A stretch of DNA of 63,550 nucleotides, counting the filler, from Basidioascus undulatus (Eukaryota): NCBI GenBank assembly GCA_000826855.1. It is 4 parts of 4 records of this genome, joined end to end, with 100 filler letters (N's around TTAATTAATTAA, not from the genome) between each part and the next. Parts side by side here need not be neighbours in the genome. Positions count along the whole stretch, not along the records: positions 49,710 to 63,550 come from JTLS01000781.1; 3 more parts are not named here. One strand, written 5' to 3'. The notes beneath the pieces are model-generated. The model made no database searches, had not been told where the DNA came from, and saw only the letters and a list, made by a program, of their open reading frames with translations. Position 1 is the stretch's first letter. Every line of letters begins with the position of its first letter. Of the stretch, positions 63,120 to 63,550 are shown piece after piece. Both the position numbers and the translations under genes were made by a program.

Positions 63120-63550
63120 GGACTGACCTGGCCTAGCCATGTCGCGCCAGTAGTATGGAAAGTGAAATGCCCTGCGAGCCCGTCCCTTTATTGCAGACGG
63201 TTGACCTGCTCCCAGCCATGTCGTCCGTCTGCTAGACCTCTATTCATCAGCCAAGCCAGTCAGCACATGACCAGGGGTGCGAGCATTCCATGCCAGCAAT
63301 GCAGTCTGTAAACAGCAGTTGGCTCGGTTCGGCATGGAAATCATGCATCACAGTCTGTCTTCTGGTCTACGCTTTCTGTAGGACTCAGTTTGCTGCTTCT
63401 GCACAACTTGTGTGAGCAAGATGGTGTTTGGCATGTGAAGTGATCAATTGGACAGTTTTTGAAAGGGCATATGGTGTAGTGGCTTATCACGCCTTCTTAG
63501 CAGTAGCTGAGTGGAGGAGGTCTCCGGGTCAATTCCGGATATGTCCATTT
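63120..63550 (-). mobile_element. Possible LTR-retrotransposon pol relic (integrase Zn-binding region)
   Basis: CpG-poor; adjacent frames give DGLAGHF and YYWRDMAR, resembling the HxxxxGH...YYWxxM integrase zinc-binding region. Confidence 0.3.

Noticed and set aside
63125..63190. GHFTFHTTGATWL as a tyrosine-recombinase HxxR motif
   Set aside because: Catalytic Arg and the downstream GRW/Tyr motifs are absent; the integrase-Zn reading fits slightly better.

Overview
Eukaryotic, GC-rich, intron-dense fungal DNA, most likely basidiomycete (GT(G/A/C)CGT/GTGAGT donors, CTRAY branch sites, many very short exons). It is not one locus: three identical artificial linkers (44 N + TTAATTAATTAA + 44 N) join four segments (1-13869, 13970-27837, 27938-49609, 49710-63550). 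Apparently intact genes reconstructed by hand-splicing: ERV29/SURF4, NEDD8/RUB1, U1-70K (SNP1), a DHA1-type MFS transporter, SNT2-like chromatin protein, an alpha/beta hydrolase, COX16, an EF-hand/Rad33-like protein, two F-box/LRR-like genes and a 53-aa five-exon microprotein. Partial genes: NUP188 5' part, eIF5 3' exons and an MDR/GroES-like gene. Between them lie many decayed genes (fumarylacetoacetase, S8 subtilisin, DUF202, AgaK1-like kinase, several F-box/LRR copies) and two CpG-depleted transposon-like relics. No rRNA, tRNA or CRISPR was seen, and I found no convincing new multi-gene system. Best leads: a 2-nt microexon required to build NEDD8; an abrupt MDR-to-eIF5 junction (misassembly or fusion); triple XPA-like GGGF motifs on the Rad33/centrin-like protein; the microprotein; and a birth-and-death F-box/LRR family with a shared C-terminal signature. 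All family calls are from motif recognition, not database searches.
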